Shown one piece after another: positions 22,420 to 35,289 of a stretch of 64,000 nucleotides of DNA; the first letter of the stretch is position 1; every line of letters begins with the position of its first letter. This stretch comes from Lepidodermella squamata. Taxonomy: Eukaryota > Animalia > Gastrotricha. The position numbers were made by a program, and so were the translations under genes. The DNA is taken from NCBI GenBank assembly GCA_047495785.1, contig JBLDXI010000035.1:1-64000 (forward strand), written 5' to 3'. Under the pieces are notes generated by a model that saw only the letters and a list, made by a program, of their open reading frames with translations, searched no databases and was not told the origin of the DNA.

Positions 22420-25003
22420 GAGCTACCAGGATAAGACAGGTTATCAAAATACGGCTAAAGAATAATACGCTGATGTTATAGCCTTTCAAACCACTGATTT
22501 ATGTGAGTCCTCGGCGCTTTCTTTTGTCTGTTGCGCTATTGTTCCCGGTCCGTAATAATTCAAAAAATATATAAATCAGGTTGAGGCTTCAGCAACCATC
22601 GTTAGTAGAAACTCTAGAAATCACAAACCGTTGTGCCCGCAATAAAAATCAGCCGCTTTTTATTCATCTGATGGCTGTCGCTCAGTCGATCATTGGATAG
22701 ATCATTTCGAGAGCGGCCTCTTTCAAACGCAACGCGACAACAACATCCGGCAACTTCTGTATGACTGCAGCTACAGGAGTAACATTTAATCGCCCCCGAC
22801 GCCAAGGAGTTGCACATTTTAAGACAAGAACCCAGAAAATAGTGCCAATATACCTCGGTTTAGCGTTTTAACGTAGTTGCAACTAATAATTAGAATATTA
22901 TAGAAAAATAAAGGCTAACTTCTATTCATCTTTGAAAAGTTATCTTTAACTTTTAGTATTTAACCATTTGCCTCTGCATTGTTTCATGATCCGCTAAGTA
23001 GCCTTTTCTTTCTTTGATCACGGTTGACGGAAGAGAGCGCACTTTTTGTGCTTTTTACTATTTTTCGCCTTGAGCGTCGTATCTCGCATCACGTATATTG
23101 ACCAAAATGTGTAGACTAATTGAGGTATAAATAGGATGATTTATTTGTCTACAGCTTTTGTAACAGCTCCAGCAGCTTCCGCTTGAGACATATACGCGAA
23201 AGAAACTGATTCAGGATGTCGTTTAGTGCTATTTATGCGTCTAAAACGCGGAATTATTCGTGGATTTTGGTCTTTACACTCGCTTCACATTGCTTCCGCG
23301 CTGTGGCATTTTGCTTAGTCAGTGGTTTTCCGCATTCTGTTTTGTACACGCATACCGCGTCTGTTTCCAGAGCAGGATTTAGCTGTTTAGATGGCAACGT
23401 GATACATGGCAACTTGTATCACCTAATTTATGTGTGAAATTCATGTGCAAGCGGAAACATGTTTCATTACAAACTCTTCAATTGAGGAATTGTTGGATAT
23501 TGTGGATATTCTTTTAAGTGGTCATGCCGACTCTTCCCACTGACAAATGCTGATTTGCATTGAAATTTAAGCCGGCATGCCACTATGGGGCGTAGTGACA
23601 CTCAAAGCGCGGTAATGCGGTAGTAACTTCTGATCATGTCAATCGCGATCAAAGATCAAAGGCTCATCAGCTATTATTTCTTCGGCGGCTACTAATCGCT
23701 GCAGAAAGTTCCTTCACTCAGGGTTGGGTCTAATTATGTTAGGCAACTGTCCCGCGAAAACTGGGCAACGTATGGCTCAGTGGTCGCGATCCGATGCCCT
23801 TGGACCGCCAACTCTGGTTCGTATTGATGCGTGTCCTGTAGAGACGTGAAAGTCGAGCGAATTATCCAGCCAAAATTTACGCCTATAGCCTATATAGATA
23901 GAAGAGTTCGAGGTGCAAAGAGCGAAATTTTGATGGCTGAACACTGATAGCCATAAACTGTTAAAGCTGAAGTTTGACTGTCGATGTGTGAACAATAATT
24001 TCTAATGCCAAAACGAGGCGACTTGGAAATGGAAAAAATCATGGAAAAACAATTTCTCTATAGCTAGGCTTTATTGAATTATTAATCTCAACTGCTTTAA
24101 AGAATTCACATCCTGTGCTGCATTTAACTGTGGTGCTACTGCTTGATTCATGGAAACTTGTAACACAAAGTAATAACAGGCGGAATATAAAAAACATCGA
24201 GTTTTATCAAAGTTGAACATTGCCGAAACGTTAAATAATTTGAAGAGCCGGAATAGATTATTGTGCGGACAGACGCTCGCAGATCATGTCAGCGTTAGTC
24301 AGCTGGCAACGTGAACCAGCGAAAGCGCCATTGCTGTAATACGTGCCTGAAAACGTAAAAGCAAATGTTGGCTGATTTGGAAAAATGCAAAGCTGTTGCT
24401 ACTATACTAACACAACGCAATTGTTTCGCCTCCAACAGGTACGGTCGGATGTTCGCCAGTGCGAAACCAGTGATACAGAGGGTCCGTTCGCCGTCTGGCT
24501 CCTACGGCGATGTAACCGGTACCGGGGGAGATTCTTCCTCTTCCGTCTCTTATCTTCCTTCTATTCTTCCTTCTTCCTCCTCTTCCTTCTCTCTTCCTTA
24601 TAAAATTCCTTTTATAGACGAATTCTGGCGTTTTGAGTCGCTGACGAGCCAATCAGCTTTCGACAAATTTCAATTTGAAAATTATTAAGGCGCATTTTTT
24701 ATTATTTTGTTTGCTGTTTTACGCACACGGCCATTTTAATTTTATCGCACACAGCATAAAAGTGTGTTTAATTATTTTTGAATCAGGTTTTTTAAACTCC
24801 GAAAATTCGTCGGAAGTGATTGAATATGAGCGACCGAAAATGAAATGTTTTATGAGAGCAGCTAACGTGGCCATTTTAGAAATGGTCGAGGCAATGTGCA
24901 GCTGTTTGCCAAGCGATATGCACAGAGAGTTGGCCGAATCCCAATTCATATTGCTTCCTTCCAAGGTCGCGACACCCTGTCCGCCAGTGAAAATCAAACC
25001 AAA

Positions 25004-28000
25004 TTATCGAGCGAAAGGAAGAAGTCTTACCGTTAGGGGGTCGGCGCAATAAATGTTGGGGAAATTGTTAGTGCATAGCTGGTCATCGAAGCCATAATTT
25101 GATCCATCAACGAAGATGGTGAGGCCTATGATAGCGGAGAAAACGAAGATTATATGAAGACAGCTTCAAAAGCATTGGGGTATTCAAAAAGTCTGCGTTA
25201 TAACGTAAAATGCGGTGACCTTGGCCTTCAAACATTGAAAGACTGACAAATTGAACTTACAAATGCCACCGCCGTTTGGATTTCCCGGATACCAGCTCGG
25301 ATTGAGTGCCCAGTCGACAGGCGCTCCAGTTGACCATATGAATGACCCTACATTGCCAGTGAATACATTAGACCCGCCTGCGATTGCTGGCAGTACTTCG
25401 GTGAGACCGCCGTCTTCGGACCGGAAAACGGCCGGAGTTCCTCCTTGATCCTGGCAAGCCCTCAAACGAGCCATATACAAGCCTGCACCACCTTCCGCGA
25501 TGAAGTAACGAGCTGTTAGAAATAAAACAACGATAGCAAAATTTCCGAAACGAATTAAAACGAAGGCGAAAGTAGTAAGAGACTGCGTTGTGGCTTTCGT
25601 TCATGATGATACCTAGTGAGCATGTTGGGCCGATGTAGAGTTGTGGGCAGAGGCAGACGTTAGTATCGGTACAAGTGCCACCATTTTGGCATGGGGGCTC
25701 ACACGTAGCTGTTAGAATCAATTTTCTAAGTAATTGTCATCCAAAAAGTAAAATGAACCTGTGTACAATTCGCAAAGTACAGCTGCATCAGCCATACATG
25801 GCGCAGCGACAAACGACCCGCCACTATTCATTTGAGTACCTAGGAATTCAAAATCAACCATATAATGAGAATTGAAATTTTTTAAATTGTTTATTACATA
25901 GATTGAGGTCAATCATTTGGCTGCCATCCGCCGATGGGATAATTATAGATTGTTCGTAAGGTTTTACGTTCGACCAAGCGTAGTACGGCGGAGTTGAATC
26001 CCGCTTTGCCCCGACAAATGCGAAAATGCCATCGAAGTAATTGTTTTAGAGAAGCACTCGAGTACCGTATGTGATCTGATGAGCGAGGGTTCGATTCCTC
26101 ATAGAGTAGCATTTTTTGCGTCGCTTTTAATTTTGTTAATTTTTTGTTAATTTACCATTTTAATTATTTTAAATTATTGCATGCCACGTATCCCAGGCAG
26201 TTTTTTTTCGGGATACGTTTTAAAATTTATTCAGCAGTAAAATTACGAAAACAACGAAGAAACCACCAATTTAAAATAATTAAAATGGTAAATTAACAAA
26301 AAATTAACAAAATTAAAAGCGACGCAAAAAATGCTACTCTATGAGGAATCGAACCCTCGCTCATCAGATCACATAAGTTCTGATGACGCATTACAACCAC
26401 TCGACCATTCGATCCTCGCAATCACTAAACATTAAAAACCCATTATAAGGATAAGGGTGGCCAATTAGCCCCCATTATCGAGTTTTCCATGGGGTAATTT
26501 GGCCTCAATCACCTAGCCATACCTGTGCATCGCCTGGGGTCGCGGTTTTTTTTGCTGTCATCTACGACGAAGATGGTCGAAGGAAAAATTGTCAACTTAA
26601 CGTGAAACCTCGTGATTGGCTCCAGGTAATTCAATTAAAAGGGGTCATTTTTACCCCCCTAAACTCACCGTTATACAACAACATGCTGTGACCTCATTTT
26701 GGGACATACCTGGCTAAAAATTTGCAGGTTTGTATAGGGCTTGTTGATAATCCTCCCCGTAAATTTTTGTAGAGTTAGATCTGGTAGTTTTAGAGCCATT
26801 GATAAAAATGTGAAAACCTCAATTTCTGGCCAATTAGCCCCAAAGGTTCATTTTGCCCCAAATGACGGTAGTAATCATTGGGGCTTTTTAAGAACACCAT
26901 ACGCAAATTCAGGCCTTGACAGAACGCTTCGGCGGTATTGAAGTCATTGTCGTTTATGTAAATCGTAACAGCAAACTAAGCGATAGGGAGCTGCTAAAAT
27001 GTATCCAGTGAATTGAGAATCACACCTGAAGTTACCGTATTCGGGTCTTGGCAAAGAATAACTTTGCTTATATCAGAGCAGAGTCTTGAACTGAACGTCA
27101 CTTGGTCCATTGCTGACGATGAGCCGGTTATGTATCCACCTGTTGATCGAATCGAAAAAATATCGAAATATCGAATATCGCATAACACGAATGCGATGAA
27201 TGGCTTACATGGACCCGAGCTATCGCCGATGGGTCTTACAAAAGGAACAGGCGCTATGTTCATGATTGAGCCATCAGTGAAGCGGAACAGTGCCGTTAGG
27301 CCCACGTAAATCCGTAAGGAATTCCCTAACAGCGCTACGGCACGAGAGAAATCTTCTGGGGTTACGAGGATGGCTGCACGGGCGCCCTGGTCGAAACAAC
27401 TCTTGGCGCCATCAGGATATCCTGTACCCGTGCTTAAGAAGTATTTAGCTTCGAAAAAAACACCGAGAAAAATACATACATATATTGCTGTATGAGAAAT
27501 TTGATTCGCAGGCGAGTTATTCTCAACAGCTGCAGAAATTTACCCAAGCATGCTTCAAGTATTCAACGAGCTTCAAGTATTCAAGTTTTAGGCGTTAAAG
27601 GGTTAAACAAGCTTCAAATAGGTAGGTTTAAGTGCCAAACAGTTTGCAAGAAATGAAACGTTGAAAAGGAGTTGCGCGACTTTTAGTAATATTAGACTTC
27701 TTGTATTCAATTCAAAATTCACATTGGGTTTGAGATACAAATCTTACATGTTTGACAAGTGGTTCCGAGCCAGGCTGACGTGCATATGCACTTGAAAGTC
27801 GCCGAACATTTACCTCCATTCAAACAACCCGGCGAACATACTACAGCTTGGGTGCGAGATAAAAATAAATCATTTTAATATCCAGGAAAAGCATACGACT
27901 TTCGCATAGTTCGCCTGTGTATTCGGGCGGACACGAGCAGACGTTGCCTGTCGAGCATGTGCCACCGTTGATACACCGCTTTGTGCACCCTGCAAAGAGA

Positions 28001-28475
28001 AAAATTGGTAGCCAAAAATTGAAATTTTCTTATAAAAATTAACATGTCTAAAATTTCAAAATACGTTTAGCATCTCAGTAAATAGAAAATAAAATGCGAA
28101 TCATGATGCGAATGGGGCTGAACGTTTTGGTGAGCAGATTTTACGTGATCCTGGATCGAGTAAATTTTCTACCTGTAGTAGTAGTTGTAGGAGTGGTTGT
28201 AGTTGTAGGAGTAGTAGTGGTTGTGGTAGTAGTAGATGTGCTTGTCGTTGATTTCCAATTATAGTAGATCCACCAGGGTATAGGCAAAGGCTCCTCGCCA
28301 CTGCTGTAATTGATATCGTAATAGTACAGCCCCGAGTTGACGATTATGTTCTGGTTCGAGTTGGTATTTGAATCAGTCCTAAGCGACATGCGGCGCCATT
28401 TGCCTGTCTTGTGTTGCCTTCTCGCAGTCGGATTCGAGGGTTTCGAGTCGACGCTCAACAGACAACACAGAATAC
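25004..28475 (-). CDS. Thr-rich/EGF/C-type-lectin multidomain secreted protein; second lectin domain disrupted by a MITE (possible partial pseudogene); termini uncertain
   Basis: Poly-Thr stalk (28174-28250); EGF exons ([72 protein letters not shown]); three lectin-like segments. Confidence 0.65.
26068..26375. repeat. 108-bp inverted repeat (26068-26175 / 26268-26375) with 92-bp spacer
   Basis: Direct reverse-complement comparison; the spacer contains a further small hairpin ACGTATCCC...GGGATACGT. Confidence 0.9.
26332..26415 (-). pseudogene. tRNA-like (SINE-head-like) sequence
   Basis: A box TGGTCGAGTGG, B box GGTTCGATTCC, followed by a T6 run; the acceptor stem does not pair and the anticodon arm is abnormal. 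Confidence 0.6.
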
Positions 28476-29673
28476 CTGTGCAATTTTACATTACAGTAGG
28501 ATTCCCTAATTAAAATAACGAACCCATGGAAATGGCGCATGAAGCGAATGATTTCATGTTTCATAAATTAAAAAAAAACCAAAATTGTTTGACCATTTGA
28601 TCTGTCCAAGTTATTCTCGTGAGCTCGAACCCCACTGTAATAATTAGCTGTCGCAATATAATCTAATCTGTTCGACTTTCATTCGCATTTGGATTCGCAT
28701 AAATAGAATGGACAATAGAAAAAATTCATAAACATATTTCATTCAAAAGAATATTGTTATGCGGCATAAATATCGAGCCAATCTAATTATTGACTCTTGA
28801 TAGCTTTTTCAATTTGGTTCCGTATGCTGAGGAAATTTCAACAGAATTTCTACATTTCGATTAAATTTTTCAAATTTTTCGATAGAAAAGCTTGAGTCTA
28901 TATTGTAACGAAGCTCGAAATACCATGCAAATTATTGAAATTGGCAATTATGAAAATCCAGCCTATAGCAGTAGTTTTGACCCGCTGTCTCATTTTCTTT
29001 GCGACTCCTTTTAATCGCAAGAGTTTTTAAGCTGAATTTTTTTTCGATTCTTTGGAATTTTTCGAAAATTCCACGCCCTTCCAAGTGCTGTATTTTTCAG
29101 CCATTCAATTCTTAAGACTGAATCACGCTCAAACCGTTATTTTCGAACAATCTCCTGAAATCGATAGGCATTCAGGTCAAACAAATTTGAATAAATTCGC
29201 AAATTTCATAGCGGCCCGACTCTATCACATGGTTACTTTTGATGACTTGACAGAACCCGACGACAGTAAGCACTTCTTCTTGTTTCGCTTGGTATTCGCT
29301 TGGTAGATAACAATGCCTTACTTCGATTATGGACGCACTGCATCAAGACATGAACGTTTAAAAACACGGTAGATTTGACTGAACTCGGTTGTTAGACTAT
29401 TTTATTTTTAATCATCTCTCTTTATACACAAGTGCTTTGGGTTCCCGCAATCTGTAATTACATTATTATAATTCAATCATCGGTTTCCGTAAGAAGAGCT
29501 GGACAGGGACAAGGGTTCGGGTCGAGCATACGCAGGCAGTGGTGAGTGCCACTTCATTTCTGTCATTCAGGCAGCCACGCGCAGCGGACAGTCAGTCACA
29601 ACATAACAAAGTTTCTAAGTTTTTTATCTATACAAGTTTTCGGCAGCTGGCGATCATCGATAGTCGGTGTGTT

Positions 29674-30047
29674 CTAATGGTGGGCTTTCGCGGCGGCGGC
29701 AGCAGGTGCGGTGGTCGAGAGGCCGGCGGCCGCGAGCAGTTCCTCGGCGCTGAGACCCGCCTCCTTAGCCAGACCCGTCAGTTCCTCGCGTTCGCGGCGC
29801 TGGCGGTCTTCCTTGACCAGCACGTCGCGTTTCGCGCGAATCTTGTCCTCGTGCTCCTGGATTTTCACCTCACGGCGCGTCAGGTAGCTGAGGCGCCACG
29901 AACCATAAGCGAGGCCGCTCAGCAGCGCAGCCCAACGGCCGAACTACAAAATTCAAAGATGCAAATCAAGTTGAAGTCACGTGGTTTGAGCAGACATACC
30001 CGAATCAGGGGAGAAGGCGCCTTGGGCGGCGGCAGAGGGGCCGACAT
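29674..30047 (-). CDS. ATP5ME: Mitochondrial ATP synthase subunit e; exons 30047-30000, 29943-29674
   Basis: MSAPLPPPKAPSPLIR|FGRWAALLSGLAYGSWRL followed by a coiled coil, typical of subunit e. Confidence 0.88.
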
Positions 30048-30082
30048 CTCAAATTTAATCGATAACTTCCTACTTCAAATAA

Positions 30083-30682
30083 TCTGGTCAATTAAAAATA
30101 TTCAAACTCTAGCAATGATTAGAACTAACTCCATACATAAACCGTTTTGCTATATTAATAACTTCGGCCTTCGATGTATTTTCTGCTTTAAAAATAGTAA
30201 TAATCTCGCCCTATCTCTTAAAAGCTTCTCGGACTGTGTCGAACTGCTAACACACTTATATCTAGAATGTAACCACTTGCCATTCCTACATAATAATGAT
30301 AAAGCTGAAATAATTAATTCCATAATTCGTTGTGAATCTAGCGGCTCTGCCCATTTATCAAAAATATTATCCCTCGCCTACACCGGACGACATTAAAGCT
30401 ACATATATATCCTCCTTCCCCAACTACCTGATTCTGACTAGGTCCTTGATTATAATTAATTAATAATAAATGTAATTAAAATATCGCTCTGATAAACTAT
30501 ATCTGCACGTGTGAGTATGTAATATATATCGAACGACGCACGCATAGACCTCTCGACGCCTATGTTATTCAATATATCGCCATCATATTTGAGATCATAT
30601 TTGTGGTGCGCCCAAAGCCCAACCGTGGCCGGTGCTTTTTATTACTTTTGAAATAATAAAATAAACAGCTTCTTCTTCTTCT
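30083..30682 (+). mobile_element. 5'-truncated non-LTR retrotransposon (LINE) copy with 13-bp TSD
   Basis: C-terminal CCHC-like motif RCIFC...THLYLEC; 3' UTR; AATAAA and (CTT)n tail; direct repeat CTACTTCAAATAA at 30070-30082 and 30683-30695. Confidence 0.8.
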
Positions 30683-32316
30683 CTACTTCAAATAAATGAA
30701 AATCATCTTCAGCATAGAAACACAAACTGGAGATATAAAATTCATGCAAGTATTGTTCAGATTATTAAATGTGTCGTTTCCATCCCATAGTATCTCAAAT
30801 ATAGCTGGAAATAAGGTTATCGTTTAAAATAATTTCTTAGTCCGAGATTGACAATGGAAGCAATGGAAGTGAATGCGGATTTGGGAAGATAGCGAGATTA
30901 TGACTGTGCAGCTGAGAAAGTCAGGTAAATTTACTGAGACTGATGGAGGCAGAATGGCTGTTTAACTAGACACTAGACACTCGCTATACCTTGATGGAGA
31001 AAGGAGAGGAGGCATGAAAAACTGGAAGACCACATTTCAAACACGAAGATCAATCGGCAATTATTAAGATAAATCTTAAATTATTCATTTTAGCTCATGT
31101 ATAGTAGAAAAGTCAGAGCGTTTCAACTGTCACAGCTATTGACTATTGAAATAGAATAGAAATGTTGATGGGCTATGCTATATGCTTTCAAAATAGCAAA
31201 CGTTGTAATTCCAGTAGTAGTAGTTGTTAATTAATAGAACAGGGGTCCGAGGTCCGACTGATACCAAGCAACAGTTTGCCAATAGACACTGAAGATTTAC
31301 TATACAGAGGATTTTTTATTATTTTGCAAGAGTATTTTATTGATGATATGACGCAGTCGCACATTAGTGATTGAGGTAGATCCAGGCGTTTGACGAAATC
31401 GCCGAAGAAATTGGTAATGGTGCCTAAGCTCTGACGAAGAGTCCGATCACATCGATTGAAGCGAGGTTGTATTTTACTTTTAAAATATTCGCTTTTCCTG
31501 GTTGACCTCTTGTTCGGCTAGAGCAAAGTCCAGCTAAAACCTAAACGTGTTAGGTATAAAAATGTTCTCACTTACGTATTTTCGCCAGTTCAAAACTGGG
31601 TATCACCGATCACCGCTTGATTCAATTTAACAGCCACACCAAAGAGCGTTCAAGATGAAAGAACGAAAAGAGCGAACAGAGAAAGTTGACAAAGAAGGCA
31701 CAATTTTCAAGTCAATGATAATGATACAAGGCACGACTTTCGTCGGGCGTCGAACTACTTCCAAACTTCATACAACATGTGTCCCGTAGTATAGAAGCAC
31801 TTCCCCGCTTTTCAAGCTGACCCATAGCCCATCTGAGCTTTTCCCGCGAGTCGAAGAGCGAAGAGTCCAAGAGTCCAAGAGGTGAGGGGTTTTATGGGTT
31901 AGGGGGTTACCTCTTGGTCTGACTAGAGGCTCGCGGTTGCGGGAAAGAGCGAGTTCGCGAGTTCCCCTTAGCCCCCAGCTCACGTTGATTACCACCCTCT
32001 CTACCGATACTAAACCGATAGTTCTTTATAATTTATCATTCAGAAAATAGAATAACAATCGAAATTTTTTTTATATAACTCGCAAGAATAATGATGTGAA
32101 GAAATACCGCGGTAAAATGGCATTCAAAATATCGTGCGCGGTTTTTCAGCTTTTTTTATACTTATAGGCTATAGGCTGAATTGAACTAGAAGGCAGAGAC
32201 ATTGATTGAGGTGCGTTAGATTGCTGACCAGGTAATGGCTGACCTGGTTTGCATGGGCTTATCACCGGATCCTGAGCTCTAAATTTATTTCGAAAGCTTC
32301 GAAAGCACCCCCTGAC

Positions 32317-32348
32317 CCTATCCCTATCCCTATCCCTATCCCTATCCC
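32317..32348 (+). repeat. (CCCTAT)n microsatellite
   Basis: About 5 tandem hexamers. Confidence 0.8.
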
Positions 32349-32419
32349 ATCATATTGCCTCCAACCAGCTTTAAAATAGTCAAATTACTCTTGAAATAAC
32401 TTCCCGCTATTTACCAGGC

Positions 32420-33115
32420 ACGCTAACTTCAATTTCGTGAAGAGTGCATTTGAAATCCGGAACACAACCGTCGTCCTCTTCGAACTTAAGATTACTTAAT
32501 CAAGCATCGTAATCTTTTAGAAAAGTGCTTAAAAAACTTCACATCTAGATTTAAATCTCCCCCTATGGCTCCCCTCGACTATATTCAGAGGCTGGCTAAG
32601 TTTGAATTGCTATCCTTAAACCAAAGATGGTTAATCCGCGACCTTACGATGACGTTTAAAATAATTAATAATATGTCTCATCGTCTAGAATTCGATACTT
32701 TCTTTCTCAAACCTAATCTCTCTACTACTCGACATCATTATAATAACAAATTAACAATTCCTCAACATTCACTTTGCCCTAGGGGCTTTAGCTTTGCTAT
32801 TAGAACAGCCGAATTATGGCACCTTCTACCTGCCTCTATCACTAACATTACTTCGATAAATCTTTTTGTTAACTCGTGCCCAAAATTTATATTGGAAGAA
32901 TGGCCTGTCCTTACAAATTTGGCCTTTGCTAAATAAAACTAATTATTATTTCTAATCACCTTATCTAATGTATGCGTGCCTTGTGCGCATCATCCTATAA
33001 TAATCATTCTTATATGCTGTGTACGGTCGCCTTACTTTCGCGCTCGATCCTGTTTTTGCCCATTTATAAATCAATTCCTAAATACTGTTATTCTTTTATA
33101 AAATCAAAAAAAAGA
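32420..33115 (+). mobile_element. CR1/L2-like LINE 3' relic (ORF2 C-terminus 32565-32936); ends approximate
   Basis: DYIQRLAKFELLSLNQRWLIRDLTMTFKII...TTRHH..KL...FSFAIRTAELWHLLPASI resembles the CR1-clade ORF2 tail. Confidence 0.75.
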
Positions 33116-33318
33116 AATGGTGCAATCAGAAGGAAAACAATAAAATGATGATGATGATGAACTAGAGAGAGAGCCGCTCGTTTATTACTTCATTTCTCTT
33201 TTTCTTGGCTGAAATAAATAGCGAAATGACGAATTAGCTCTTTTCATTACAAACATGATTGCAAACATGTAATGGCTGACGTTTATGCTGTAGTCATCTT
33301 ACTCCATCTAAAACTAAA

Positions 33319-34812
33319 ATGCTGCGTCGATCCGCAATGCGATTTGGCGATGCGCTTCGCCTCACATCGGTGTCTTCCCGAAACTCCAGCAAAATGGCGG
33401 CTGCACCTTTATACCAATTCACGGAAGAGGAAGAGATGCTGAAATCGACTGTTAAGAAACTAGCTGACGACGTTATCCGCCCTAGAGTCAGTCAAATGGA
33501 TGAAGCTTCGCAAATGGATAAGTCAGTAATAAAAGCCATGTTTGATAGTGGGGTGAGTTTCTGTTGATCGTCGAACACCTGATTTGACCTGCTTCTTGAT
33601 TCAGTTGATGGGTATTGAGATACCAACTGAGTATGGAGGTTCAAACGCTGGCTTCTTCGCTTCAATTCTTGCGATCGAAGAACTAGCTAAGGTTGACCCG
33701 GCAGTTACCGTTATGCTGGACGTTCAAAACACCCTGGTCAACAATGGTTTCTTCAAATGGGCCTCTGATGACCAGAAAAAGCGTTATCTACCTAAACTAG
33801 CCAAAGACACAGTTGGCTGCTTTTGTTTATCCGAAGCTTCATCCGGATCAGATGCTTTCGCCATGAAGACACGGGCAACTCGTGAAGGCGATCATTACAT
33901 CATTAACGGAACTAAATTATGGATTTCAAATGTAATAACATGGCTCGAAAGACTGATTTCTCAACGAAATAAGTTTGATTTTAGGCTGAACATGCGGGAT
34001 TGTTCTTGGTTTTCGCCAACGCCAAACCCGAAGATAAACACCGTGGAATCACCTGTTTCTTGGTTGAACGGTCTTTCCCTGGCGTAACTGTGAGTTCACA
34101 GTCATGTTTTCTTTGAAAAAAACAATTTATCGCTTTCTAGATCGGGAAAAAGGAAGATAAACTCGGCATCCGAGCTTCAAGCACGTGCCCCGTCATTTTG
34201 GACAACGTCAAAGTTCCAGCTGAAAATATTATCGGCAAATTTGGCCGCGGCTATAAATACGCAATTGAAATTTTGAACGAAGGCCGCATCGGCATTGCCG
34301 CTCAAATGGTCGGCCTCGCCCAGGGTGCCTTCGACCTCGCTGTTTCTTACACGAAGGACCGCAAGCAATTCGGCAAGGCGCTGATCGAATTTCAGGCCAT
34401 GCAGCATCAAATGGCTGATGTGGCGATGCAAATTGAAGCAGCGCGGTTGTTGGTCTACAACGCGGCGAGGACGAAACAAGCGGCGGAGGCGGCTGGCGAC
34501 TTCTCGGGTGAAAGCTATATTTACAAGGTAAACAGGAAATTTCGGTATAATTTGAATGAAATTTAATTTTGACATAAATTTCTTGAGGCTGCGATGGCCA
34601 AGTTGTTCTCGAGCCAAGTCGCGCAGATGACGACTTCGAAAGTCATCGACTGGATGGGCGGTGTTGGGTTCGTGAAGGCGACGGGTGGCGCCGGACTGGC
34701 GGCGGAGAAGTTCTACCGCGACTCGAAGATCGGCACCATCTACGAAGGCACGAGCAATATTCAGCTCAACACCATCGCCAAGTTCATCGCCGAGGGAAAA
34801 ATCGGCGGTTAA
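33319..34812 (+). CDS. ACADSB: Short/branched-chain acyl-CoA dehydrogenase, mitochondrial; exons ~33319-33552, 33605-33931, 33985-34089, 34141-34527, 34588-34812
   Basis: Transit peptide; [15 protein letters not shown]; [10 protein letters not shown]; [14 protein letters not shown]; [21 protein letters not shown]. Confidence 0.92.
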
Positions 34813-35289
34813 TAATGCGAAAAAATAAACCAAAATAAGCACAAGTGACTTGAACTTTTAGGCGTTGTGTTTGTTTCTCTAAAGCCCTTCAACTCTCAGT
34901 GCTTCGGCGATTGATTTAATCAATAAATTTATTTGAGTTCACGATCTGATTGAATAAAGAAATAAACATGGTATTGTCTAGAATTACTTTGTCGTGTAAG
35001 TCACGAAAAAGAGGCAAGGCTGAAATGAAAAGCTGTGTTTTATCTTTGGCTGATTGGATTGACATTCCTGATTTATTTAACCACAGCAGTATTTCGCAAA
35101 CCCGAGGGCTTCATTGGTTTACTTTTCTCGTCTTGCCACTGATTCTATTTTGCTGTTAATCACGTTAGTTATTAGTTTCGAGCAACCAAGGATCACAACT
35201 CGCAAATATAGAAAGGATAAGAAAGCCCAGAACGAACGAAATGGTTCTGAGTGACTGGACGCTTCATTGACAACGACGCGTTCAAAGTA

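Larger units (their letters stand above)
26065..26868. mobile_element. TA-flanked MITE-like insertion carrying a tRNA-derived segment and a 108-bp inverted repeat
   Basis: TA|CCGT...ACGG|TA termini; lectin coding sequence on both sides; internal GGGG/CCCC subterminal motifs. Confidence 0.7.

Noticed and set aside
22450-25000. Assorted short ORFs (also 30800-32000 and 16550-17700)
   Set aside because: No recognisable domains or consistent exon chain. May be decayed repeats or non-coding transcripts; left unannotated.
30048-30062. TTTGAG before the ATP synthase e ATG resembling the end of nematode SL1
   Set aside because: Only a 6-nt match; no SL RNA gene features.
29539-30396. 285-aa plus-strand ORF
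   Set aside because: Chance fusion of antisense ATP synthase e sequence with the LINE ORF2 remnant.
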